A stretch of 35,071 nucleotides of DNA from Reclinomonas americana ATCC 50394 (taxonomy: Eukaryota): the NCBI GenBank assembly GCA_048213135.1, contig PS015265.1:23461-58531 (forward strand), given 5' to 3'. Every line of letters starts with the position of its first letter. The stretch's first letter is position 1. The notes under the pieces were generated by a model, which was not told the DNA's origin, ran no database searches, and was given only the letters and a program-made list of their open reading frames with translations. Both the position numbers and the translations under genes were made by a program. Below are positions 1-11,037 of this stretch, in pieces.

Positions 1-2
1 GG

Positions 3-170
3 ACGACTGCCACTGGCGCGTCGACTGCCATCTCTGGCCAGGCTCTGACTGGTGGTCGGGCACGACTGCGTCGAACCCGGCTGTGGCGGTGGGTGCCACC
101 GACACCACGGCGTCTGTGACGGTGGTGAACGGCAACTTCTACCGCTTCTTCCTCAACGCGACCAACTCGA
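3..170 (+). CDS. Fragment of a Thr/Ala/Gly-rich fibronectin type III-like protein, in opposite orientation to the giant FN3 gene
   Basis: Reads TTATGASTAISGQALTGG, then after an apparent 1-nt slip near 55, SGTTASNPAVAVGATDTTASVTVVNGNFYRFFLNATNS. YRFFLNATN matches the FN3 Y.F.V.A.N strand pattern. Codon style resembles the minus-strand gene. Cut by the window start and the gap at 171. Confidence 0.55.
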
Positions 171-718
171 NNNNNNNNNNNNNNNNNNNNNNNNNNNNNN
201 NNNNNNNNNNNNNNNNNNNNNNNNNNNNNNNNNNNNNNNNNNNNNNNNNNNNNNNNNNNNNNNNNNNNNNNNNNNNNNNNNNNNNNNNNNNNNNNNNNNN
301 NNNNNNNNNNNNNNNNNNNNNNNNNNNNNNNNNNNNNNNNNNNNNNNNNNNNNNNNNNNNNNNNNNNNNNNNNNNNNNNNNNNNNNNNNNNNNNNNNNNN
401 NNNNNNNNNNNNNNNNNNNNNNNNNNNNNNNNNNNNNNNNNNNNNNNNNNNNNNNNNNNNNNNNNNNNNNNNNNNNNNNNNNNNNNNNNNNNNNNNNNNN
501 NNNNNNNNNNNNNNNNNNNNNNNNNNNNNNNNNNNNNNNNNNNNNNNNNNNNNNNNNNNNNNNNNNNNNNNNNNNNNNNNNNNNNNNNNNNNNNNNNNNN
601 NNNNNNNNNNNNNNNNNNNNNNNNNNNNNNNNNNNNNNNNNNNNNNNNNNNNNNNNNNNNNNNNNNNNNNNNNNNNNNNNNNNNNNNNNNNNNNNNNNNN
701 NNNNNNNNNNNNNNNNNN

Positions 719-3700
719 ACGAGAACGAAATCGCCGTGCCAGTGTTGCTGGTCACCGCAAAGTTGGTCTGGTCGTTCGGCACCTGGCCCGTCAGCACGTT
801 GTTGTTGAGGCCGTTGCCGATGATGCCGTCGCCAAAGGTGGCCTGAGTGGTCGACGTGCCAATGCCGTTGATGCCGCGCACATCGACAAAGTAGTTGGTG
901 GCGTCAGTGAGGCCGCGGATCACAGCCTGCTGCACCGAGGTGGTGTTCTGGGTCAACGTGCTCGCCGTAGCCGCGCGCCACGACACCTGCCACTGGTACA
1001 CGAAGCCCTGGCCGCCAGTCTCCTGCGGCTGTCCCCAGCTGAGCCAGATCGAGGTCGAGCGCTTGAGCAGAAGGTTCGAAGACAGCGACATGATGCCGCT
1101 CGGGCGCACCGGCGACGTGGCCGTGGTGATGGTGATGGCCGACGCAGACCAGGCAGTCTGGTAGCCGTTGAACGACGACACGCCAATGCGATACTTGGTG
1201 TTGGAGCTGAGGCCGTTCACCAGCAGCGACGAGGTGGTCGAGCCGAGCGAGCCAGTGAACTGAGTCACAAACGAGTCCGGCACGAAGGCAGTCGAGGTGA
1301 CGTTGGTCAGGTTCTGCACCAGCACCTGCACGCCGACAAAGTTCGCGAAGCCGTCCGAGGTGGCCAGTGAGTACTGCGTGCCCACCACCGTCGAGGGGGT
1401 CGACAGCGTGAAGGTGGCGTAGCCGGAGCCAGTCGTGCCAGCCGAGCCGCCAGTGGTCAGAGCCGGCAGCGGGTACGGGCGCACAATCGAGTTGGCAATC
1501 TGCGACAGAGTGCCCGACTGAGCACCGTTCTGCGTCGAGGTCACACCAGAGTCCGAGCGGGTGTTGGTGGCCTGCACGGCGTAGGTGTACGACTTGCCCG
1601 GAATGGTCGGGAAGTTGAAGTTGGTGGTCAGCGTCGTCCACGTGTACGTGCGGTTGCAGTTGCTGGTGTTCTGCGTCACAACGTAGCCGTTGATCGAGGT
1701 GCCGCCAATGCCAATCGGCGACGCCCACGAGATGCTGGTCATGGTGTCCTGGTAGCAGTTGCCAGAGAAGCCCACACCGAGGGTACCAGCCACAGCAGCG
1801 CAGCCGGCGCTCGAGTTGGTGCCCTGCGAGTTCGCAATACCAGCAGCGAGCGTTGGGGCGGCCGGGGCGATCGGAGCATCGTCTGTGTGGTGGAGGAGAA
1901 GGGAGGCAGCGGTGGATGAGATACTCATACTCAAAAGAAGCAGATGGTTCCCTTCTCCCTCTCCCACTACCACTCCCCTCTCCTCTCCTCTCCTCTTTCT
2001 TTCCCTTTCCCTTCCCTCCCCCCTCCCCTCCTTTCCCCCCCTTTCACGCAACTGGTGTTGTGAGTGGTCTGAGTGATCGGGCCAGCAGCCGTGGCCGAGT
2101 TGGTCGACGTGGCAGTGGCGTACACCTGGTACGTGTACGACGTGTTGGCCGTCAGCGTCGTGTCAGCAGTGTAAGCGGCGGTGGTCGCCCATCCAGCCGG
2201 CAAGGTCACCGTGCCCACAGACACCGGGGTCGCGCTGCCCTGGCCGCGGAAGATAGTGAACACCGTCACCGGGTTGGAACCGAAACTCTGCGGAATCGTC
2301 CACTGCAGGAAGATGTTGGTGAGGCCGTACTGCGTCACGACCAGGCTGGTCGGCGGGTTCGGCACGACACCGGTGGCAGCCGGAGTGGTGAAGTTGATAG
2401 CAGTGCTGAACGCGCACGTCACCGGGTTGGCGGTGGTGCCAGCCGGGTTGAAGGGCGAGGTCGGGAAGGCAATCGAGAACTGGTTGCTGGCGCAGATCTG
2501 CAGGTTGACCGAGGTGCCAGCCGGCAGGCCAGTCACGTCAATGTAGTAGGTCGACAGGTTGTTGCTCCACGACGCCGCAGCGCCAGTGCCGTTGGTGGAC
2601 GGGATGGAGCTGGTGTCAATAATGACGGCAGAGCCGGCAGTGGCAGCAGTCACCGACGAGGCGCTGGTGGTCGAGTACACCACTCGGTAGTTGGCGACGT
2701 TCGGAGTCGGCGTCGTCAGGTTGCTCTGCGTGGCGCTCGAGGTGGCGGTGTTGGAACCGCCGACGCTGATCGGAGTCGAGAAGTTGAGGCGCACGCCAGT
2801 CGAGAACAGGCGCGAGTACGCCACGTTGGTGGGCGCAGCCGGCACAGAGCCGTTGTTGTCGGTGGTGGCCTGGATGGAGCCGGCCGCCGAGGCGGTGGTG
2901 TTGTTGTTCACAGTGATCTTGGCCTTGACAGTGTACTGCGTGGCAGCCACAAAGTTGTTGGCGGTGCCGCTCACAGTGAAGCCGGTGATCTGCTGGTAGA
3001 AGCCAGAGTTGTATGAGAACAGGCCGTAGAACGAGGTAGCGATGGTGCCAGCGCCAGTCGCGCCGGTGGTGATGGCAGGCTGGTCAGTGCTGGCGTTGGT
3101 CACCGTGTAGGCGGCAGTCGGCGCAGCGGTGGTGTCGCCCGTGCCAAAGGTGGCCGGGTAGTTGAAGGCGACGACAAAAGACGTCGAAGAGACCTGGTCC
3201 ACAGAGCCAGTGTACGGAGCCACAGTGTAGCCAGTCGGCGTGGCCGGCGCACCCGACGCCAGAGTCACCGTCACGGCAGTCGAGAACGTCAGGCTGGCAC
3301 CGTTGGCACCCGGAGTGCCGCTGCCGTTGTTGTAGGCCGTCGAGATGGCGCAGCTGGTGCCAGTCAGGCCAGTGACCTTGACGAGCACGCGGTTGCGCGA
3401 CAGACCAGCGCTGCCGGCCTGGATGCCGAAGTCGGTCAGGTCGGCAATGGTGGTGACCACCGTCACTGCACCGGTGCCGCAGTCCGACTTGACGTACCAA
3501 GACGGAGCACCGCCAATCACGCCCACATTGGCCGCCACACCCTCCCACTCCACCCACGCCGAAGTCGACGTGACGTAGCGCAGGTTGGACGACAGCGTCG
3601 GCGCCGCAGTCGACACCTTGGTGGCATCGGTGCCGCTGGTGGTCAGAGTGCCGCTCCAGGGAGCAGCCGAGCGGTTCACCTGCGACTCAGTCCACACGTT

Positions 3701-6700
3701 GATGGTGTAGCCCTGGCCAGTGGAGGCGTTGGCGGCCGCGAGCGTGCTCAGCGTGTAGCCGCGCCACGTGCCAGACGACACGCTGGCAGCGGTCACAGTG
3801 GTGGGACCAGCGTCGCCAATCACGAACGCGCGGTTGGCGGTGGTGCCGGTGGCGAGGTTGGTCGTCTGCTGCACAGTGAGCGACGTGTTGATGTCCTGGA
3901 AGGTGCTGGCAGTGGCACCGGGGGTCTGCGACGAAATACCGCCCTGGCCGACAAGGTCAGTCGGCAGCTGCAGCCAGATGGTGGCCTGGGTGCTGCCAAT
4001 GTAGTAGATGGCGTTGGAGCCGGCGGTGACGGCCAGAGCGCGGTCTATTTTGAGGGAAGGAAGTAGGAAGTGTGAGCTCCGTCACCAATGGCGAGAAAAT
4101 GAATGACAGAAAAGAGAAAGTGGGCGATGCGCAACTGGTGGCGGTGTAGAAGTTTGGGCCGCCAGCGGTCGCCGAGGCGGATGCAGCGGAGTTGGTGCTG
4201 CCAGCATTCGTGACGGAGAACGAGATCTGCGGGGTGTACTGGCGACCGGGGAGGAGGCCAGAGAGGGTGACCTGCCAGCCGTCGAGGTGACCGGTGGCCA
4301 GCTGGCTGCTGTTGGCGGTGGTGGTGAGGCCCGAGGCGACAGCGACGCCACGCACAAACGCGGAGCCGGTGGCGGTGAAGGCGTAAGCGCTGGCAGCGGA
4401 CGAGGCACTGACGTTGGCCTGCTTGGCCACGTACTTCGCACCGCCGGCGGTCATGTTGATGAGGAAGGTCAGCGAGGTGTCGGTGATGTCGACGACAGTG
4501 ATACTATTCGCGGCCGTGAGGGCATCAGTATTGCTGCCGGCACCTGATTGATTGGCAGCAGTGCGACCACCACTGACAGCAGCGACGGTGCCCTGGAAAG
4601 CAACTCCAGCCGTAAGACCACTCGGAGCTAGGAAAGTGAGGTTCGCATTGCCGACCTCGTAGTCAGCGCCCGCACTGGTCACAGTAATAGACACAGAGCC
4701 ATCGGCGGCCACAAGCACGGAAGCCGTTGCACCAGTGCCGGTACCGCCCAGGAGAGGCACATTGTGGAATGTACTTTCCACACCGTATCCAGACCCGCCA
4801 AAATCGAGTGCAAGACCCGTGATAGCTCCATTCACACCAACAGAGACGACGTCGAAGCGAGCCCACTGCCCCTGTGCTGCCGGAGTCGGGAACTGGGTAT
4901 TGCCTTGGAGATCGGTGCAAGTGCCGTTCAGAAAGACGCTCTCATTCGCGACATAGCCCGTGCCGGCTGCAGTCAAACCAGCATTGCCATTGACACTGCC
5001 AGTACTGCTGAATATAACGCTTACTCGCGCACCATTTCCACTTCCGCCAATCAGCGCACAGCCAATGAAATTCTTCATGTAACCAGTGCCAGTGTTATTT
5101 TGTTTGACCAACGTAGTGATGCCGCCACTGGTGGTTGCATTGGACCGGTCGGCGTTGCTCGTGCAGCAGTACAACGAAGCAGGCGTGCCGCCATTGACCA
5201 ACGTGTACCTGACTCCAAACGTGCTGGTTGCGGAAGGTGCTGCACGAATCGCCACCACAAACTTCGAAGCCGACAACACACTCGTCGTTGTGGTACCGTC
5301 GAGGAACTGGTAGTCACTGACAGTCGCTCCATTGTTGCCAGCCGTCGTGCCCGCGACAAACCCAATCGCACTCATGCCGCCAAGGCTCGTGCCAGATCCG
5401 CCAGTCTGGACCGCCCCTCGATTGGTCGGCGAGCCAGGGTACAGCACCACAAAATTAACTCCGACGGTTATGAAGGCATCAGTGCTGCCGACAAGGCCAG
5501 AGCGGCGATACCACACAGCCCCGCTCGGCGAAGTCACGTTAACCGACGTCACAAAATTGACACCAGCAAGCGTGGCCGTCGCGCCTGCACCGAGGTTGAT
5601 TGCTGACAGATTTACGGTTCCGGCAGCAGTGGCGCTAAACGCCATTGTCCCACTGAGGTCGCTAGCGCTCATCGATACAGTGCCAACGGCGCCAGCGACT
5701 CCGTTACTCGCAAACGAATAGGGACTCGTGCCAAAGCCACCGCTTCCAATTACCGTGGCCGCAGTGATACTCGCCACGCAGTTGATTGTCGTGCTGCCGC
5801 CCACCGACCAGCAGCCCACAAGAACCGGCGCAGTACCGAGCGTCACGTTGACACCAGTGGTTGCAGACAGCGTGATCTCCCGCTGCGTTGAACCGTCAAG
5901 CGCTGCGGTCCCCTCCCCGTTGGCATTCATCGCCTGCACGCGGATACGATACCGACCAATGTTGGTCGTCACGAGGCCGGAAATCAATACGTGGCCACCG
6001 GTCACACGTCCAAATTCATAGTCGGTCACCGGAGAGCCACTAAACGATGCGCCGAACGCATTGTAAAGTACAGTGCCGCCGCCGCCCGCCGCAGAGTTCG
6101 ACGCCGCAGCCTCAACCTTCCAGCCGGTGATGCTGCCGCCCGTAATGTAAGGCGAGTCCCACCTTATCAGAGCGCCGTCGGAGGCCGCCGCCACCACCGT
6201 CGGGGTCAATATCTTGCCCGGAGACTGCTTGCCGTCCTGCGTGGTCACCGTCACAGTCTGCGAACAATGGAACAAGTCAGAGAGAGGGAGGGCTAAACAA
6301 ACACCTGGAGACAAACAAAGATACTACTATAGATGCCCAAGACGCAACAGTGCTCCACGGGCCAAAGCCCCACTGGCCCACAGCGCGAGCGCGCACCACG
6401 TAGCCAGTGCTCGGCTGAAGCAGGCTGGACGAGGCAGTGGCGCCAGTGCCCGACACCACGCACGACTGAGTGGAGAACGGGCCACTCGTGAACGGAACAA
6501 TCGCCGCATTGGCGTTGTTGCCATTGGTGGTCTCAGTGTAGAAGGTCACCGGGGTCCAGGCGGTCAGCGAGCTGCCAGACGAGCTGCGGATCTGCACCTG
6601 GAAGAAGGGAGTCTGCAGCTGGTTGAAGTTGGCAACGTTGCCGGAGCCAGTGGCGCCAGTCTGACCGAGCTTGATCGGCGGGGAGAACGACAGCACAAAC

Positions 6701-8080
6701 GAGGTGGCCGACGTGTAGCTGATGGCCAGGTTGGTCGGCTGGCGCGGGGTGCCGCCGAGCGGCACCGTCACGACCTGCGACGAGGTGCGGACGCCCTCAC
6801 CGTACGCGTTGACAGCGTAGGCCTGCGGGTGGGGAAAAGAGAGGAGATGAGTGGGGGGATTAGGAGGGAAGGAAGGGAGGAGAAGGGACGCAACAGCGAT
6901 GGTGTACTGCACGCCCTCCTGGATGTTCTGGTCAAAGTAACGCAGAATCATGCCGTAGCAGCCGGCGCCGCCAGAGGAAGGGCCGCCGTTGGCCGCAATG
7001 GCGTTGACCGACGAGCACTGTTGGAGGAGATGGGAGTGAGCAGAGAAAGAGGAGAGGAGAGAGGAGAGGGAGAGGCGGAGCGAGAAGACGCAACAGTGTA
7101 CTTGGTGGTGCCACCAGTGCTGGCCACGTCGACACCGAACTCAGACGGCGGCGCGTTGCCCTGGTTGACGGGGCTGGTCCAGTTGACCCAGATGGCCGAC
7201 TGTGAGCCAGTTTGGGCAGAAGTGTCGAGGTCTGCATTCATTATGAGAGTGAGACGGTGCAGTGACAGAAGCAAGAGGAGGAGGAGGAGGAGGAGGGAGG
7301 GGGGGAGGAGGAGGAGGAGGAGGAGGAGGAGAGGAGGAGGAGGAGGAGGAGGAGGACGAGAGNNNNNNNNNNNNNNNNNNNNAGGAGGAGGAGGAGGAGG
7401 AGGAGGGAGGTGGGTGAAAGAAGATGAAAAAGGAGAAGAGAAATTGAAAAACAAGTACACACAGAGAGAGAGACACACACACACAGACACACACACACGA
7501 AGACGCACCGTCTTCACCCACGGCCTTGATGATCTGGAACTCCTCTGGTGCGGCAGAGCTGCCGGGGGCGAATGCGGTTGACTGGGCGTCTGCGCATTGC
7601 GTGGAAAAAAAGAGTTAAGTCGTGGTAAAAATCGAACAAACTCACACAAACTCGAACGTTGTGAGAGGAGAGAACACGCTTGCACACCCCGTTCAGTCTA
7701 CAATTGTGCGTGTGAGAGCGTGCGTGTGTGCGTGTATGCGTGCGCGCTGCAACCCAACGTGAAAGTTGTGCTGAACATGTGTGAAAGATAGTAAGTAACT
7801 GCACTTGAGCACAGAAGACAAGATGGTTTTCGTCCCGGCGGCAGAGAGAGTGTACGTGTCGCGCAGGAGGTGACTTCTCATTCTATCACACACGGACTCT
7901 GAGGAAACGAACAAACGGCTCACCAGCAGCGAGGACTATGCTGAACAACACGAGAAAACTTGCCACAAGAAGCAGCGCGGCGGACGCCGAGGGAACTGCT
8001 GCTGCTGCAGTCGAACAACTCATGTTTCTCGGACGAGCTATCGAGGAAAGAAGCGTTGCCGTGCGGTAGATGGTAGCCAT
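719..8080 (-). CDS. Giant secreted/cell-surface fibronectin type III repeat protein (>2,080 aa, 3' end lost in gap)
   Basis: Phase-consistent exons 8080-7924, 7589-7509, 7231-7095, 7017-6895, 6822-6349, 6257-4136, 4044-2053, 1882-719(gap). N-terminal hydrophobic stretch (AALLLVASFLVLFSIVLAA-DAQ) looks like a signal peptide. Many FN3 signatures, e.g. PRQPTNLAISYTSATSFVLSFSPP...LQPSTGYVVRARAVGQWGFGPWS, PNPPTSLVVTQYGLTNIFLQWTIP...LTANTSYTYQVYAT, IWLSWGQP...GLTDATNYFVDVRGINGIG. Very T/S/A/G-rich. Confidence 0.88.
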
Positions 8081-8444
8081 TGCTCCAGAATCACACTCAA
8101 CGATCCGTTGGCGGCAATTCAATGTTTTCCGAGACCGTTAAAGTCGGATATGATGCACTTGCCCGTCAGCGACGTGCCACCGTAACCATGCGGTACCAAC
8201 GACAGGGAGGCATGCGATCCTCAGCGCTTCCGAAAAAAACGCAATCTCGGAATCCTATTGCGAGAATCGATATCAGTCAAGCATTACTACAGCAGTAGCA
8301 TGTACATGTACATGTGTTTGCTGGCACGCTCAACGCACGTTGGGTGGGTGTATGTGCTGATACGATTCGGCCTGCGGAAGGCAACGCTGCGAGATGTTCG
8401 GGGGCCATCACACCACGCAGACGCCAGGCTATATAATTGCGATG

Positions 8445-9082
8445 TCGCCACACAATGACTTCAGCCTCCTCGAGGCAGCACCAGTTCCGGCAGGAAGTAA
8501 GAATCGCGAAATTGTTCCTCCTCCTCCTCCTCCTCCTCTCCACTCCCCACTCGCAGAGCGTGCCATATCATGTCGAGCGAGACCACACGGCGTCGACCAC
8601 ACACACACACACCGTAACATCACCGGCACTCGCAACGTGTTGACCATCGGGTGCGATAGCCACAGAAAAAAACTGCAGCATCGTGTCCCTCCAATCGCTG
8701 CACTTCTGCTCCACTCGCCAGCGACCACACTCGCACCGTCTTGTCATCGCTGCCACTCACAACGTGCTGACCGTCGGGCATGACGGCGACAACATGCACC
8801 CACGAGGCAATGTCCCTCCAATCGTCGCACCTCCTTCCAACTCTCTGTGGACCACACTCGCACAGTCTTGTCACCACCCCAGTGAGAATGAACTGACCGT
8901 CGGGAGTGACGGCAACACAAAACACTTGATGTGTAACAGTCGCAAGTGTTCTCCAGTCGCCAGCGACCACACGTGCACTGGATTGTCCTCTCTCCGCTCA
9001 CAATGTGCTGGCCGTCGGGAGTGACGGTGACTATCGACACCGATGCCGAGTGTTGGAAGACGTGGGTGCAGCGGAAGGTCAT
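8445..9082 (-). pseudogene. Degenerate WD40 array copy 1 (internal deletion of repeats, frameshifts, eroded C-terminal domain)
   Basis: Starts MTFRCTHVFQH like the other copies. WD motifs (VTPDGQHIVSG, KTVRVWSTESW, VMPDGQHVVSGSDDKTVRVWSLASG) are split across three frames. Only about 4 repeats remain. The tail keeps only remnants (WSTPCGLAR, EEAEVIV) and lacks CDPQLCL. Confidence 0.8.
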
Positions 9083-9527
9083 CGCAAGGACAAGGAGAGG
9101 AGAACGAGAAGGAGAGGAGAAGGGGAGGGGAGAGAGAGAGGAGAGAGAGAGAGAAGGTGAATGAGAGGAGAAGGAGAGGAGAAGGAGAGGAGGTGGCTGT
9201 GGAGAGAGCAAAGGGAAAGCAGAGGAGTGAGAGCAATGGGTACAGATTAAGGAACTGTAGAACAAGAGATGCCTGCACCGGGAGGAGACGGGGTTGAGAG
9301 GAGAGAGCAAGCGCGCGCGAGTGCGGAAAAATTGTCGCCTTGTCCTTTCGGCGTCCTCACTTCACGCTGTCGCTTGCCAGCGTTGAGTTCAAGATAGTCA
9401 ACAGTGCACAAAGAATATCATGGGCGATGAAAACAGCAACAGCAACAACTTTATATGCAGCTCAAGGACGCTCATATAAGTCGACGTCTCTTCAACACCT
9501 GCCTCCCTCTCGATCAGCTTTCGCGCC

Positions 9528-10610
9528 TCACAGACAAAGCTGTGGGTCGCAGAAGCACCGATACACAATGGCCTCTGCCTCCTCAACCATGAAACACCGC
9601 AGCACGAGTTCCGGCAGGCAGCGCGAATCCCGTTCCTCCTCCTCTTCTCCTGCTACTTGCATCACCTCCTGCACGCTGCGCATCGCCGAGCGCGCAGCAT
9701 CCAATTCCTGTCGAGCAAGACCACATGGCGTGGACCACAGGCGCACCGTATTGTCGTAGCCCGCACTCGCAACGTGTTGACCGTCGGGTGCGATTGCCAG
9801 AGAAAAAACTGCAGCATCGTGTCCCTCCAATCGCTGCACTTCTTGCTCGCCACTCGCCAGTGACCACACGCGCACTGTGCTGTCTTCGCCGCCGCTCACA
9901 ATGTGCCGACCATCGTGTGTGATGGCGACAGACCACACCGGACCAGTGTGTCCCAGAAATCGACGCGTCTCCTGGCCACTCGCCACGGACCACAAACGCA
10001 CAATGCCGTCCGTACTCGCACTCGCAACGTGACGGCCGTCGGGAGTCACAGCGACCGAGAACACATCACCAGTGCAGCCAACCATCTGCCGCACTTCTTC
10101 TCCACTCGCCAGCGACCACACCCGTACAGTCTTGGCATCACCTCCGCTCACAATGTGCTGACCATCCGCAGTGACGGCCACTGATCTCACCATCTTCGTG
10201 TGTCCATCGAACCGCTGCTCTTCTACTCCACTCACCAGTGACCACACTCTCACTGTTTTGTCATCGCTGCCACTCACAGCGTACTGCCCATCGGGAGTGC
10301 CGGCGACTGCGCACACACGCCCAGTGTGCCCCTTCAGTTGTCGCACCTCCATCCAGCTCTCCGTGGACCACACTCGCACAGTCTTATCCCCACTCGCACT
10401 GAGAATGTGCTGGCCGTCAGGAGTGACGACCAGCGACATCACATAGCGTGTGTGTCCCTCCAGTCGGCGCACTTCTTCGCCAGTCGCCAGTGACCACACA
10501 TGCACTGCTCTGTCATTGCCTCCGCTCACAAGGTGCTGGCCATCGGGAGTGACGGTGACGGACCACACTGGTCCCGTGTGCTTGAAGACGCGGGTGCAGC
10601 GGAAGGTCAT
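9528..10610 (-). CDS. WD40 repeat protein (7 repeats) with conserved C-terminal ...CLPELVLRCF...CDPQLCL domain, copy 2 (360 aa)
   Basis: Intronless ORF from ATG of MTFRCTRVF. Seven GH...V.SVAVTPDG..VSG..D.TVRVWS repeats. The longer ORF call upstream runs through a pyrimidine tract and is probably non-coding. Confidence 0.9.
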   Translation of the reverse strand: MTFRCTRVFKHTGPVWSVTVTPDGQHLVSGGNDRAVHVWSLATGEEVRRLEGHTRYVMSLVVTPDGQHILSASGDKTVRVWSTESWMEVRQLKGHTGRVCAVAGTPDGQYAVSGSDDKTVRVWSLVSGVEEQRFDGHTKMVRSVAVTADGQHIVSGGDAKTVRVWSLASGEEVRQMVGCTGDVFSVAVTPDGRHVASASTDGIVRLWSVASGQETRRFLGHTGPVWSVAITHDGRHIVSGGEDSTVRVWSLASGEQEVQRLEGHDAAVFSLAIAPDGQHVASAGYDNTVRLWSTPCGLARQELDAARSAMRSVQEVMQVAGEEEEERDSRCLPELVLRCFMVEEAEAIVYRCFCDPQLCL

Positions 10611-11037
10611 CGAGAGGGGAAGGAGAAGGGGAAGCAGAGGAGAGGGGAAGCAGAGGAGAGGAGAAGGAGAAGGAGAGGAGAAGGGGAGGAGAAGGGTAGA
10701 GAGAGAGAAGGTGAGGGAGAGAGAGCAAAGGGAAAGCAGAGGAGTGAGAGCAATGGGTACTGATGGAGGAACTGTAGAACAAGAGATGCCTACACCGGGA
10801 GGAGACGGGGTTGAGAGGAGAGAGCAAGCACGTGCGAGTGCGGAAAAATTGTTGAGTTGTCCTTTCAGCGTCCTCACGCTTGCCAGCGTTGAGTTCAAGA
10901 TAGTCAGCAGTGCACAAGAACATCATGGGCATTGAAAACAGCAACAGCAACTACAAGTTTACATGCAGCTCAAGCGGACGCTCAAATACTTCGACGTCTC
11001 TTCAACACCTGCCTCTCTCTCCGTCAGTTGCCACAAT

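Noticed and set aside
52-846. Long ORFs spanning N-gaps (also 12052-13477, 21242-22345, 28963-30026, 31617-33491)
   Set aside because: They stay open only because N codons contain no stops.
853-6300. Numerous plus-strand ORFs overlapping the FN3 gene (and those antisense to the WD40 genes)
   Set aside because: Antisense shadows of GC-rich, codon-biased coding sequence with no domain motifs.
7800-7885. Possible extra exon within intron 1 of the FN3 gene
   Set aside because: The nearest AG gives an immediate stop in the required phase. Direct splicing 7924 to 7589 is in frame and gives a sensible signal-peptide cleavage region.
10611-10898. Pro/Ser/Leu-rich N-terminal extensions on the WD40 ORFs that look like signal peptides (also 14746-15054, 16375-16581, 17967-18152)
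   Set aside because: They are translations of pyrimidine tracts that vary in length and sequence between copies and mostly begin at non-ATG codons. All six copies have an ATG at the homologous M(T/A/I)F position.
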